Positions 26,106 through 36,245 of a stretch of DNA of 47,506 nucleotides are shown one piece after another. The position numbers and the translations under genes are program-made. Source of the stretch: an uncultured Patescibacteria group bacterium (lineage in GTDB: Bacteria; Patescibacteriota; Patescibacteriia; UBA2591; CALHIP01); the NCBI GenBank assembly GCA_938030745.1, contig CALHIP010000004.1, positions 1 through 47,506 on the forward strand, given 5' to 3'. Position 1 is the first letter of the stretch. Each line of letters starts with the position of its first letter. The notes below the pieces were generated by a model. The model saw only the letters and a program-made list of their open reading frames with translations, had not been told where the DNA came from and did not search any database.

Positions 26106-26151
26106 ATCTACTATATAATTTTTTACGGCCGTTAAAAATTATATAGTAGAT
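26106..26151. repeat. P element copy 2: 46-bp AT-armed palindrome centred on CGGCCG
   Basis: ATCTACTATATAATTTTT-TACGGCCGTT-AAAAATTATATAGTAGAT, with perfect 18-nt arms. Begins 4 nt after the stop at 26100-26102. Confidence 0.9.
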
Positions 26152-26165
26152 CAAGAAATTCTCAT

Positions 26166-26194
26166 TTGGTTTTAATTTTAAAATTTGTTATAAT
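26166..26194 (+). promoter_or_regulatory. Predicted extended -10 promoter for CDS 26240
   Basis: TTGGTT (26166-26171), 17-nt spacer ending in TGT, TATAAT (26189-26194), i.e. TGTTATAAT. Confidence 0.5.
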
Positions 26195-26196
26195 TA

Positions 26197-26210
26197 AATT
26201 AAAAGGTCGA
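26197..26210 (+). promoter_or_regulatory. Conserved promoter-proximal box AATTAAAAGGTCGA (copy 2)
   Basis: Identical 14-mer to 22749-22762, at the same offset from the -10 box. Confidence 0.55.
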
Positions 26211-26239
26211 GTTTAAATTATTAAATTTAACTTAAATTT

Positions 26240-27679
26240 ATGAGAAAATTAGAAAAAATTATTGTTTTACTTTTAATTTTCAGTCTAATCTTTGCCTTCC
26301 CTGCTTTTACTCAAGAAGAAACAGAAATTCAGCCAGAGGAATTAGAGATAAAAACACCTCAGATTTTACCAACTAGTGGCGCTTACTCGATTAAAGATTT
26401 TTTTCGAAAATTAAGATTACTTTTTGCCTTCTCAGCAATAAAAAAAGCAGAGCTTCGCCTTAAATTTGCTAATGAGAAATTATTAGAGGTAAAAGAAATT
26501 GCCAAGAGCGCTCCGCCAGAATTAATTGAAAAAAGTTTAACCAGTTATCAAGAAGAATTAGAAAAAGCAAAATTAGAATCAGAGAAATTAAAAAAAGAAG
26601 ACCAGCAAAAGTTTTTAAAAAAGTATACTACCCATGCCTTAAAGCAGCAAATGGTTTTAGAAAATATTGCCTCTCAAGTTAAAGGTGATGTTTATGAAAA
26701 GATCTTAGCCAATCGAGAAAGGCATTTGGAAAGATTTAAAGAAGTGATGGAAAAAGTAGAGAATAAAAAAGAACTGAAAGAAAAAATTAAAGAAACAGTT
26801 GATGAAGTTATAAAAGTTTCGCCATCAAGAGTGATTAAAATTTATGAGACAATCAAAGAAATTGAAGAGAAAGTCCCAGAAGAAATTAAGCCAGAAATTG
26901 AAAAAATTAGAAAAGAAATGATTGTAAAAGTAATTGAAAAAGTTAAGACTCTTCCTGTTGAAGACCAAGAAAAAGAAATAAAAACTCAGATAAGAATTTT
27001 TGCTAATCCTTTCATTGCTCAAGAAGTGATTGAGGAAATAAAAAATAAAGAACCAGAGATTGTTTTACCACCTATTAGTGATTTATCAACAGAGATTCTC
27101 CAAGAAAAAATTGGTCCTCTTAATGAAGAAAAGAAAACAGAAATTTTGGAAAAAATGACTAAAGAAAGAATTAAACATTTGGAAAGGCTGGAAGAAGTTA
27201 AAGAAAAGTTAGAAAAATTACCCGAACCAGCTGTTAGTCCGCAAGTGATTGAAAGAGTGATCAAAAATCAAATTGAAAAAATTGAGGCAAAAATTGAAAA
27301 ATTAAGGAATTTACCAATTGGAGGATCGCGTCTTGAAGAAATTAAAGAGGAACTAAAAGAAGCGCCAAAAATTAAACAAGAAATTATTAAACAAGCACCA
27401 AACTTATTAGAGATTAAAGAATTAGAACTCAAACCTGCTCCAGAAGAAAAATCAACTCAGTTAAGAGAAAAAGAGATTGGTTTCTGTGGCTGGTCAACAA
27501 AGTTTCCTTGTCAAACTGATGAAGATTGTTTAAAGAGTGGTTGCTCAGGTCAAGTTTGTCAAGGAAAAAATGAGCCAGCAATTATAACAACTTGTGAATG
27601 GCGAGATTGTTATGATGCTGATATTTATAAGGTAAAGTGTGGCTGTTTTAAAGGAAAATGTCAATGGTATCAACAATAA
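26240..27679 (+). CDS. Secreted protein: signal peptide, DUF5667-like N-domain, long E/K coiled coil, C-terminal cysteine-rich knot domain
   Basis: 479 aa. Signal peptide IFSLIFAFPAFTQEE. FFRKLRLLFAFSAIKKAELRLKFANEKLLE resembles DUF5667. The C-terminal 65 aa carry 10 Cys (FCGWSTKFPCQTDEDCLKSGCSGQVCQG...TTCEWRDCYDADIYKVKCGCFKGKCQW), resembling the eight-cysteine-cluster type of domain. Confidence 0.7.
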   Translation: MRKLEKIIVLLLIFSLIFAFPAFTQEETEIQPEELEIKTPQILPTSGAYSIKDFFRKLRLLFAFSAIKKAELRLKFANEKLLEVKEIAKSAPPELIEKSLTSYQEELEKAKLESEKLKKEDQQKFLKKYTTHALKQQMVLENIASQVKGDVYEKILANRERHLERFKEVMEKVENKKELKEKIKETVDEVIKVSPSRVIKIYETIKEIEEKVPEEIKPEIEKIRKEMIVKVIEKVKTLPVEDQEKEIKTQIRIFANPFIAQEVIEEIKNKEPEIVLPPISDLSTEILQEKIGPLNEEKKTEILEKMTKERIKHLERLEEVKEKLEKLPEPAVSPQVIERVIKNQIEKIEAKIEKLRNLPIGGSRLEEIKEELKEAPKIKQEIIKQAPNLLEIKELELKPAPEEKSTQLREKEIGFCGWSTKFPCQTDEDCLKSGCSGQVCQGKNEPAIITTCEWRDCYDADIYKVKCGCFKGKCQWYQQ

Positions 27680-27697
27680 TTTAATAATAAGCTAAAA

Positions 27698-28171
27698 ATG
27701 AAAAACAAAATTATTTCTCCTAATGAAAAAATTTTGATTGAGTTTGGGGTAGCGAAAACCTATTCTGGATTTTGGATTTTCTTAGGTCTTTTGATTTTGT
27801 TTGGAGGGTTAATTTTAACATTATTTTTTATCAGCGATTTTTGGTTAATTATTATTTTAGGCCTTGCTTTAATTGCCTATGGTTTTTATCTCCGTCTTGC
27901 TTATTTTTATTTTTTAACTAACAAAAGAATAATTTTCTATTATAGATTTTTCCATACTCATTTAGTTTCAATTGATTATCAAAAAATTACTGATATCAAT
28001 GTCAAAGAAAATTTTCTAGAAAGAATATTTCTTGGTTCAGGAAATTTAGCTATTAATACTGCTGGTACACCAAAAGAAGAAATCGTTTTCTATCATATTG
28101 CTAATCCGCATTTGATAAAAAGAAAATTAGATGAAATTAAAATAGGAGTTTTACAAAATAGTAAATTATAA
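27698..28171 (+). CDS. Membrane protein with bacterial PH domain (bPH_2 / YdbS-YdbT-like)
   Basis: 157 aa. Two TM helices, then YFYFLTNKRIIFYYRFF...ISIDYQKITDINVKENFLERIFLGSGNLAINTAG, typical of bPH_2. Confidence 0.7.
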   Translation: MKNKIISPNEKILIEFGVAKTYSGFWIFLGLLILFGGLILTLFFISDFWLIIILGLALIAYGFYLRLAYFYFLTNKRIIFYYRFFHTHLVSIDYQKITDINVKENFLERIFLGSGNLAINTAGTPKEEIVFYHIANPHLIKRKLDEIKIGVLQNSKL

Positions 28172-28254
28172 AGAATTAATTATTTTTTCTTTTCACGCTT
28201 ATTTTATAATAAGGGTGATTGTTTATTTTTAAAAAAATGTTAAAATTTAAAAAT

Positions 28255-29652
28255 ATGGAAAAAATTGGTGTTTTAGGCGGAACATTTAATCCACCACATT
28301 TTGCTCATTTGGCAATAGCAAAAAAAGCAATTAAAAATTTGGGTCTGAAAAAATTGCTTTTAATGGTAGCTGGAAAACCAGCTTTAAAAACTAAAGATTT
28401 AGCGCCAATAAGAGATAGGTTAGAAATGACAAAAATTCTGGCAAAATATCATCCACGACTTGAAGTTTCAACAATTGAAATTGCCAGAGCAAAAAAAGGG
28501 AAAAAATCTTTTACGATTGAAACAATTAAAGAATTAAAGAAAAAATATCCAAAATTTAAGATTTATTGGATTATTGGCGAGGATTCTTTAAAAGAAATTC
28601 TTCAAGGAAAATGGAAAGGTGGATTATCAATTTTTGATCAAGCAAAATTTGTTGTTTTTACTCGAGAAAATTTTAAAGTAAAAATTCCAAAAAATCTCAT
28701 AAAAAAGATAAAAAAAATAAAATTAAAAATTCCTATCTCTTCAACTGAGATTAGAAAGAAAATAAAAAACAGTGAAGATATTTCTAATATGGTACCAAAA
28801 AAAATTTTAGAATATATTAAAGAGAAAAAATTATATATGAATATTCCAAAACATTTGCAAGTTAATAAAGAAAAGGCAAGAAAAATTATTCAGGCTAAAA
28901 TTAGAGAAATAAAAAATTATTTTAAAAAATCTGGTTTTAAAAAAGCAATTATTGGAATTTCTGGTGGATTAGATTCAGCTGTTTCTTGTGCTTTGGTTGT
29001 TCGAGCTTTAGGACCAAAAAATGTTCTTGTTCTTTCGATGCCTTATTATGGAATTAGTGATAAAAAATCAATAGAAGATGCTTTAAAATTAGCAAAAAAT
29101 TTAAAAATTCCAAAAAAGAATTTTATACTTTTACCAATCAATAAAGCAGTTGATGCCTCTTGGCAAATTTTAAAAAAATTTAAAAACAATGAAAAAATTA
29201 GAAAAGGAAATTTAATGGCTAGAGAAAGAATGAAAATTTTATTTGATTTATCTTCTGTCTTTAAAGCAATTGTTGTTGGAACTGAAACGAAAAGCGAAGA
29301 AGAAATTGGTTATTATACTTTATGGGGAGACCAAGCTTCAGGGATTGAACCAATAAAAAATTTATGGAAAACTCAAGTTTATCAACTAGCCCAATTTTTA
29401 AAAGAGATTCCTAATCAAATTTTAAATAAGCAGCCATCACCTGGTCTTTGGAAAAATCAAACTGCTGAAAATGAATTAGGCTTTTCCTATCTTGAAGCGG
29501 ATACAGTTCTTTCTGCTTTGAAAGATAAAAAAATGGAAAAAAATGAAATTGTTAAAAAATTTAAAATTCCAAAAAGAAAAATTAACTTAATCATTTCTCG
29601 ATTGAAAATTGGTGAAATTAAAAAATCAATTCCTTATGTTTTAAAAAGTTAA
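28255..29652 (+). CDS. nadD/nadE: Fusion protein: nicotinate-nucleotide adenylyltransferase (NadD) + NH3-dependent NAD+ synthetase (NadE)
   Basis: The track ORF starts at TTG 28219. The ATG at 28255 gives MEKIGVLGGTFNPPHFAHL (the NadD (H/T)xxH motif). ISSTEIRKKI marks the NadD C-terminal motif. From about 28837 there is a NadE module with the PP-loop GISGGLDSAV. No stop codon separates the two modules. Confidence 0.8.
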   Translation: MEKIGVLGGTFNPPHFAHLAIAKKAIKNLGLKKLLLMVAGKPALKTKDLAPIRDRLEMTKILAKYHPRLEVSTIEIARAKKGKKSFTIETIKELKKKYPKFKIYWIIGEDSLKEILQGKWKGGLSIFDQAKFVVFTRENFKVKIPKNLIKKIKKIKLKIPISSTEIRKKIKNSEDISNMVPKKILEYIKEKKLYMNIPKHLQVNKEKARKIIQAKIREIKNYFKKSGFKKAIIGISGGLDSAVSCALVVRALGPKNVLVLSMPYYGISDKKSIEDALKLAKNLKIPKKNFILLPINKAVDASWQILKKFKNNEKIRKGNLMARERMKILFDLSSVFKAIVVGTETKSEEEIGYYTLWGDQASGIEPIKNLWKTQVYQLAQFLKEIPNQILNKQPSPGLWKNQTAENELGFSYLEADTVLSALKDKKMEKNEIVKKFKIPKRKINLIISRLKIGEIKKSIPYVLKS

Positions 29653-29654
29653 TT

Positions 29655-32206
<2,552 letters not shown>

Positions 32207-32208
32207 AT

Positions 32209-32478
32209 ATGATAGAGCATATTGCTCAATTAGCTAAATTAAAACTTTCGGAAAAAGAGAAAGAAAAATTTTCAAAAGAATTACTTCAGATTTTAGATTT
32301 TGTAAAAAAATTAAATGAGGTTGATACTTCTAATATTGAGCCGTTTTTTTCTGATTTAAAAAATATTTTAAGAAAAGATGAGATAAAAATTAAAGATCAT
32401 AAATCAAAAGTCAAGATTTTAATAAAACAAGCACCAGAAAAAGAAGGAAATTATTTTAAAACAATTAGTATCTTATGA
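32209..32478 (+). CDS. gatC: Asp/Glu-tRNA amidotransferase subunit C
   Basis: 89 aa. IEHIAQLAKLKLSEKEKEKFSKEL...IL.FV..L matches the GatC pattern. Overlaps gatA. Confidence 0.8.
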   Translation: MIEHIAQLAKLKLSEKEKEKFSKELLQILDFVKKLNEVDTSNIEPFFSDLKNILRKDEIKIKDHKSKVKILIKQAPEKEGNYFKTISIL

Positions 32479-33893
32479 AATTAAGTCAATTAACAATCGA
32501 AGAAGCTAAAAATGGGTTAAAGAAAAAAATTTTTTCTTGTCAAGAATTGGTTAAAGATTGTCTAAATGAGATAAAAAAAAGAAATAAAGAGATTAATGCT
32601 TTTATTACCATTAATGAAAAAGCAATTGATGAAGCAAGAGAAGTTGATAAAAAAATTTCTCAAGGTGAAAATTTAAATGAATTAACTGGTATTCCTTTAG
32701 CTATAAAAGATAATATTTTAGTTGAAGGCTTAAGGTGTACCGCTGGTTCAAAAATTTTAGAAAATTATATTGCTCCTTATGATGCAACAGTAATTAAAAA
32801 ATTAAAAAAGGCTGGAGCAATTTTTATTGGTAAAACAAATATGGATGAATTTGCGATGGGTTCCTCAGGCGAAAATTCAGCTTTCGGTTTAACAAGAAAT
32901 CCTTATGATTTAAACCGTGTTCCTGGTGGTTCTTCTTCTGGTTCAGCGGCAGCTGTAGCAGCGAATTTTTGTTTAGGATCTTTGGGTTCTGATACTGGTG
33001 GTTCAATCCGTCAGCCATCTGCTTTTTGTGGTTTGGTCGGTCTAAAACCTTCCTATGGTGCTGTTTCTCGTTATGGATTAATTGCTTTAGCTTCGTCTTT
33101 AGATCAGATTGGGCCGATAACAAAAACAGTGAAAGATTGTCAAATAATTTTTGAGGTAATCAAGGGAAAAGATGAAATGGATTCGACTTCAATAAATATA
33201 GAAAATAAAGAATTAAAAATTGAAATTAAAAACTTAAAGATAGGAATCCCAAAACAATATTTTATTAAAGGATTGGATGAAGAAATCAAAAACAAAATTA
33301 AGGAAATATTAAAAAAATTAGAAGATCAAGGAGCAATTATTCAAGAAATTTCTTTAGCCATGACTGATTATGCTTTAGCTTGTTATTATATTATTATGTC
33401 ATCTGAAGCCTCTGCCAATTTAGCTAGATACGATGGCATCCGTTATAGCAAGATAAAAAATGAAAAAGTAAAAAACGTAGAAGAATTATATTTTGAAAAT
33501 CGAACAAAAGGATTTGGGATAGAGGTAAAAAGAAGAATTATATTAGGTACTTATTCTCTTTCAGCTGGTTATTATGAAGCTTATTATTTAAAAGCAATGA
33601 AAGTTAGAAATTTAATTAAAAAAGACTTTTCAGAAGCATTCAAAAAAGTTGATTTAATTATTACTCCAACTACTCCAACACCTGCTTTCAAAATCGGCGA
33701 AAAATTAGATCCAATTTCAATGTATCTTTCTGATATATTTACTGCTCCAGTAAATTTAGCTGGTCTACCAGCTATTTCTTTACCGATTGGTTTCACCAAA
33801 TCTAAACTACCTATCGGCTGTCAAATTATTGGAAAATATAAAGAAGAAGACAAAATTTTTGAATTAAGTAAAATAATAGAAGAATTAAAATAA
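32475..33893 (+). CDS. gatA: Asp/Glu-tRNA amidotransferase subunit A
   Basis: 472 aa. Amidase signature GGSSSGSAAAVAA...GSDTGGSIRQP. Confidence 0.95.
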   Translation: MKLSQLTIEEAKNGLKKKIFSCQELVKDCLNEIKKRNKEINAFITINEKAIDEAREVDKKISQGENLNELTGIPLAIKDNILVEGLRCTAGSKILENYIAPYDATVIKKLKKAGAIFIGKTNMDEFAMGSSGENSAFGLTRNPYDLNRVPGGSSSGSAAAVAANFCLGSLGSDTGGSIRQPSAFCGLVGLKPSYGAVSRYGLIALASSLDQIGPITKTVKDCQIIFEVIKGKDEMDSTSINIENKELKIEIKNLKIGIPKQYFIKGLDEEIKNKIKEILKKLEDQGAIIQEISLAMTDYALACYYIIMSSEASANLARYDGIRYSKIKNEKVKNVEELYFENRTKGFGIEVKRRIILGTYSLSAGYYEAYYLKAMKVRNLIKKDFSEAFKKVDLIITPTTPTPAFKIGEKLDPISMYLSDIFTAPVNLAGLPAISLPIGFTKSKLPIGCQIIGKYKEEDKIFELSKIIEELK

Positions 33894-33895
33894 CT

Positions 33896-34930
33896 ATGGC
33901 ACGTCTATTTGATTTTTTCTCAAGAAGTTTAGGAATTGACCTTGGTACTGTAAATACAAGAATTTATTTGAAAGGAAGAGGAATTGTGATTAATCAACCC
34001 ACACTTGTTGCAGTTAATACCAGAACAAGTCAGGTAATTGCCCAAGGCTTTCCAGCTAAAAAAATGCTTGGCAAAGCACCAAGCTATGTTTCCGTTTTTA
34101 AACCATTGGAGAATGGAATAATTGTTGATTTTGAAGTTGCAGAAAAAATGCTCCGTTCATCTATTGAAAAAATTCAGTCGAGCCTTTTCTCTCTTTTCCG
34201 GCCAGAAGTAATTATTTCTGTTCCTCTAGATATCACCGAGGTAGAGAAAAAATCTTTTGAAGATATTGCTCTTAGAGCTGGAGCAAGAAAGGTTTATTTA
34301 GTTGAAAGACCGATAGCAGCAGCAATTGGAATGAGACTGCCAGTCAGTGAATCAGTTGGCAACTTAATAGCTGAAATAGGTGGTGGACTTACTGAAATTG
34401 CTGTTATTGCTTTAAATGGTATCGTTGCCTGGAAATCATTAAAAATAGGAGGAGAAATTTGGAATAAAAATATTATCCAATATGTTCGTGAAAAATCAAA
34501 TCTTTTACTTGGCGAACAGACAGTTGAGGAAATAAAAATAAAAATTGGTTCTGTTTATCCTGAAAAACAAAATCAAGAAATGAAGGTGAAAGGTAGAGAT
34601 ATAATTACTGGTCTACCAAAAGAGATCTCTCTTTCTGAATCAGATGTAAGAGAGGCAATTCTGCCAAGTGTTAATTTAATTGTTGATGCTATTTCCGAAA
34701 CAATTGAAAAGACACCTCCAGAGTTGGTTGCTGATGTTTTAGAACGAGGAATAATTCTTTCTGGTGGAGCATCTCAGCTTAAAGGATTGGCAAATTTAAT
34801 TAATAAAAAAATCAAAATTCCTGTTCATTTAGCTGATGATCCTTCTACTTCTTGTGTCAGAGGTTTAGGATTAATTTTAGAGGATTTTGAAAATTTAAAA
34901 GAAGTTCTTTTACCTTTAACTAGAGAATAA
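33896..34930 (+). CDS. mreB: Rod-shape-determining actin homologue MreB
   Basis: 344 aa. GIDLGTVNT phosphate-1 motif and the EIGGGLTEIAV and LSGGASQLKGL motifs. Confidence 0.95.
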   Translation: MARLFDFFSRSLGIDLGTVNTRIYLKGRGIVINQPTLVAVNTRTSQVIAQGFPAKKMLGKAPSYVSVFKPLENGIIVDFEVAEKMLRSSIEKIQSSLFSLFRPEVIISVPLDITEVEKKSFEDIALRAGARKVYLVERPIAAAIGMRLPVSESVGNLIAEIGGGLTEIAVIALNGIVAWKSLKIGGEIWNKNIIQYVREKSNLLLGEQTVEEIKIKIGSVYPEKQNQEMKVKGRDIITGLPKEISLSESDVREAILPSVNLIVDAISETIEKTPPELVADVLERGIILSGGASQLKGLANLINKKIKIPVHLADDPSTSCVRGLGLILEDFENLKEVLLPLTRE

Positions 34931-34955
34931 AAATTGAGATTTCTGATTTTAAATT

Positions 34956-35762
34956 ATGAAAATAAATAGATATATAATTATTATCATTGGGGTTTTCTTT
35001 ATTTTTTTCTTTACCTTGAGACATTCTTTTTTTATTAAGAAAATTTTCCTTCCTTTTGAGTATCTTTTTTCTTATCTTGATAAATTAGTTTCAGATTCAT
35101 TAAATCCAATCTTTATTAGAAAAAATCTTCTTGAAGAGAACAAAAGATTATCAGACGAATTGACAAAACTTGTTATTGAAAATATTAGATTAAAGATTAT
35201 CGAAGAAGAAAATGAGAAATTGAAAAAAGAATTAGAATTGTCAAAAAAAGAAAATTATAAACTAATTTTTGCCAAAATTATCGGTAAAAAGGAAGAAGGA
35301 GGATTAAGTTGGTTCATTATTGATCAGGGAAATAAATCTGGAATTAAAAAAGATTTTGTTGTTATTAGTGAAGGAGTTGTTGTTGGTAAAATTATAAAAA
35401 CAACAGAAAACTTCTCTTATCTTTTACCTCTTTTAGATAGAAGAATCAAAATAGGAGCATTAATTATTTCACCAAGAGAAAAAATAAATGATAAAAACAA
35501 AATCGAAGGAATATTTAAAAGCCATGATGGTTTAATTGGTGAAGTCGATCTTGTTCCTGTTGATAAAGAAATTAAAAATGGTGATTTAGTTATCACCAGC
35601 GGAAGAGAATATATGATTCCAAAAGGTCTTCTTATAGGAAGAATTATAGAAGTTAGAACTAAACCAACAGATATATTTCATAAAGTAATCGTTGAATTAC
35701 CAAAAAAAATAGAAGATGTTGAGATTGTAAGTGTTATTGTTCCTAAAATAGAATTTGAATAA
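34956..35762 (+). CDS. mreC: Rod-shape-determining protein MreC
   Basis: 268 aa. N-terminal TM, a coiled coil, then a beta-rich domain (VVVGKI..., LVITSG...IPKGLLIGRI). Positioned between mreB and mreD. Confidence 0.8.
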   Translation: MKINRYIIIIIGVFFIFFFTLRHSFFIKKIFLPFEYLFSYLDKLVSDSLNPIFIRKNLLEENKRLSDELTKLVIENIRLKIIEEENEKLKKELELSKKENYKLIFAKIIGKKEEGGLSWFIIDQGNKSGIKKDFVVISEGVVVGKIIKTTENFSYLLPLLDRRIKIGALIISPREKINDKNKIEGIFKSHDGLIGEVDLVPVDKEIKNGDLVITSGREYMIPKGLLIGRIIEVRTKPTDIFHKVIVELPKKIEDVEIVSVIVPKIEFE

Positions 35763-35765
35763 ATT

Positions 35766-36245
35766 ATGTTGAAAATAATTATTAATCTTTTTTTAATTCT
35801 TTTTCTTACTAATTTGGAATTAAGTAAAATTACTAGTCGAATTTTTTTGAATCCATATCTTTGCTTCGTTGTCCTTTCTGCTTTTTCTAAAAATAATTTA
35901 TCCTTTCTTTGGCCTCTTTTAGGTGGAATAATTTTGGATTCACTCTCAATTATTAATTTCCCTATTTTTACTATCTCTTTTCTTTTCACCTTCTTAATTG
36001 TTAAATTTTTTAATGAAAAAATTGTTACTTTTAGAAATTTTATTTCTTTAATAATTTTTTCGGTTGGCAGTATTATACTCTACAACTTTATTTTTTTAAT
36101 CTTTAATCTTTTGATTTATTTTCTAAAAATTGAAGATTTTTTTATTGTCTTTAATAGAAAATATTTTATTTATCTTTTTGCTAATATAATCTTTACATTT
36201 CTTCTTCTTTTTATTTTTAGAAGGAAATATGAACCATCAATTTGA
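35766..36245 (+). CDS. mreD: Rod-shape-determining protein MreD (by position and topology)
   Basis: 159 aa, highly hydrophobic polytopic protein directly after mreC. Overlaps the PBP2 gene by 17 nt. Confidence 0.55.
   Translation: MLKIIINLFLILFLTNLELSKITSRIFLNPYLCFVVLSAFSKNNLSFLWPLLGGIILDSLSIINFPIFTISFLFTFLIVKFFNEKIVTFRNFISLIIFSVGSIILYNFIFLIFNLLIYFLKIEDFFIVFNRKYFIYLFANIIFTFLLLFIFRRKYEPSI

Noticed and set aside
22718-28171. Classifying the island, or the repeat-bracketed units, as a bona fide mobile element.
   Set aside because: There is no transposase, integrase, recombinase, relaxase or phage gene, and I could not identify target-site duplications. Mobility remains a hypothesis (see findings), not an annotation.
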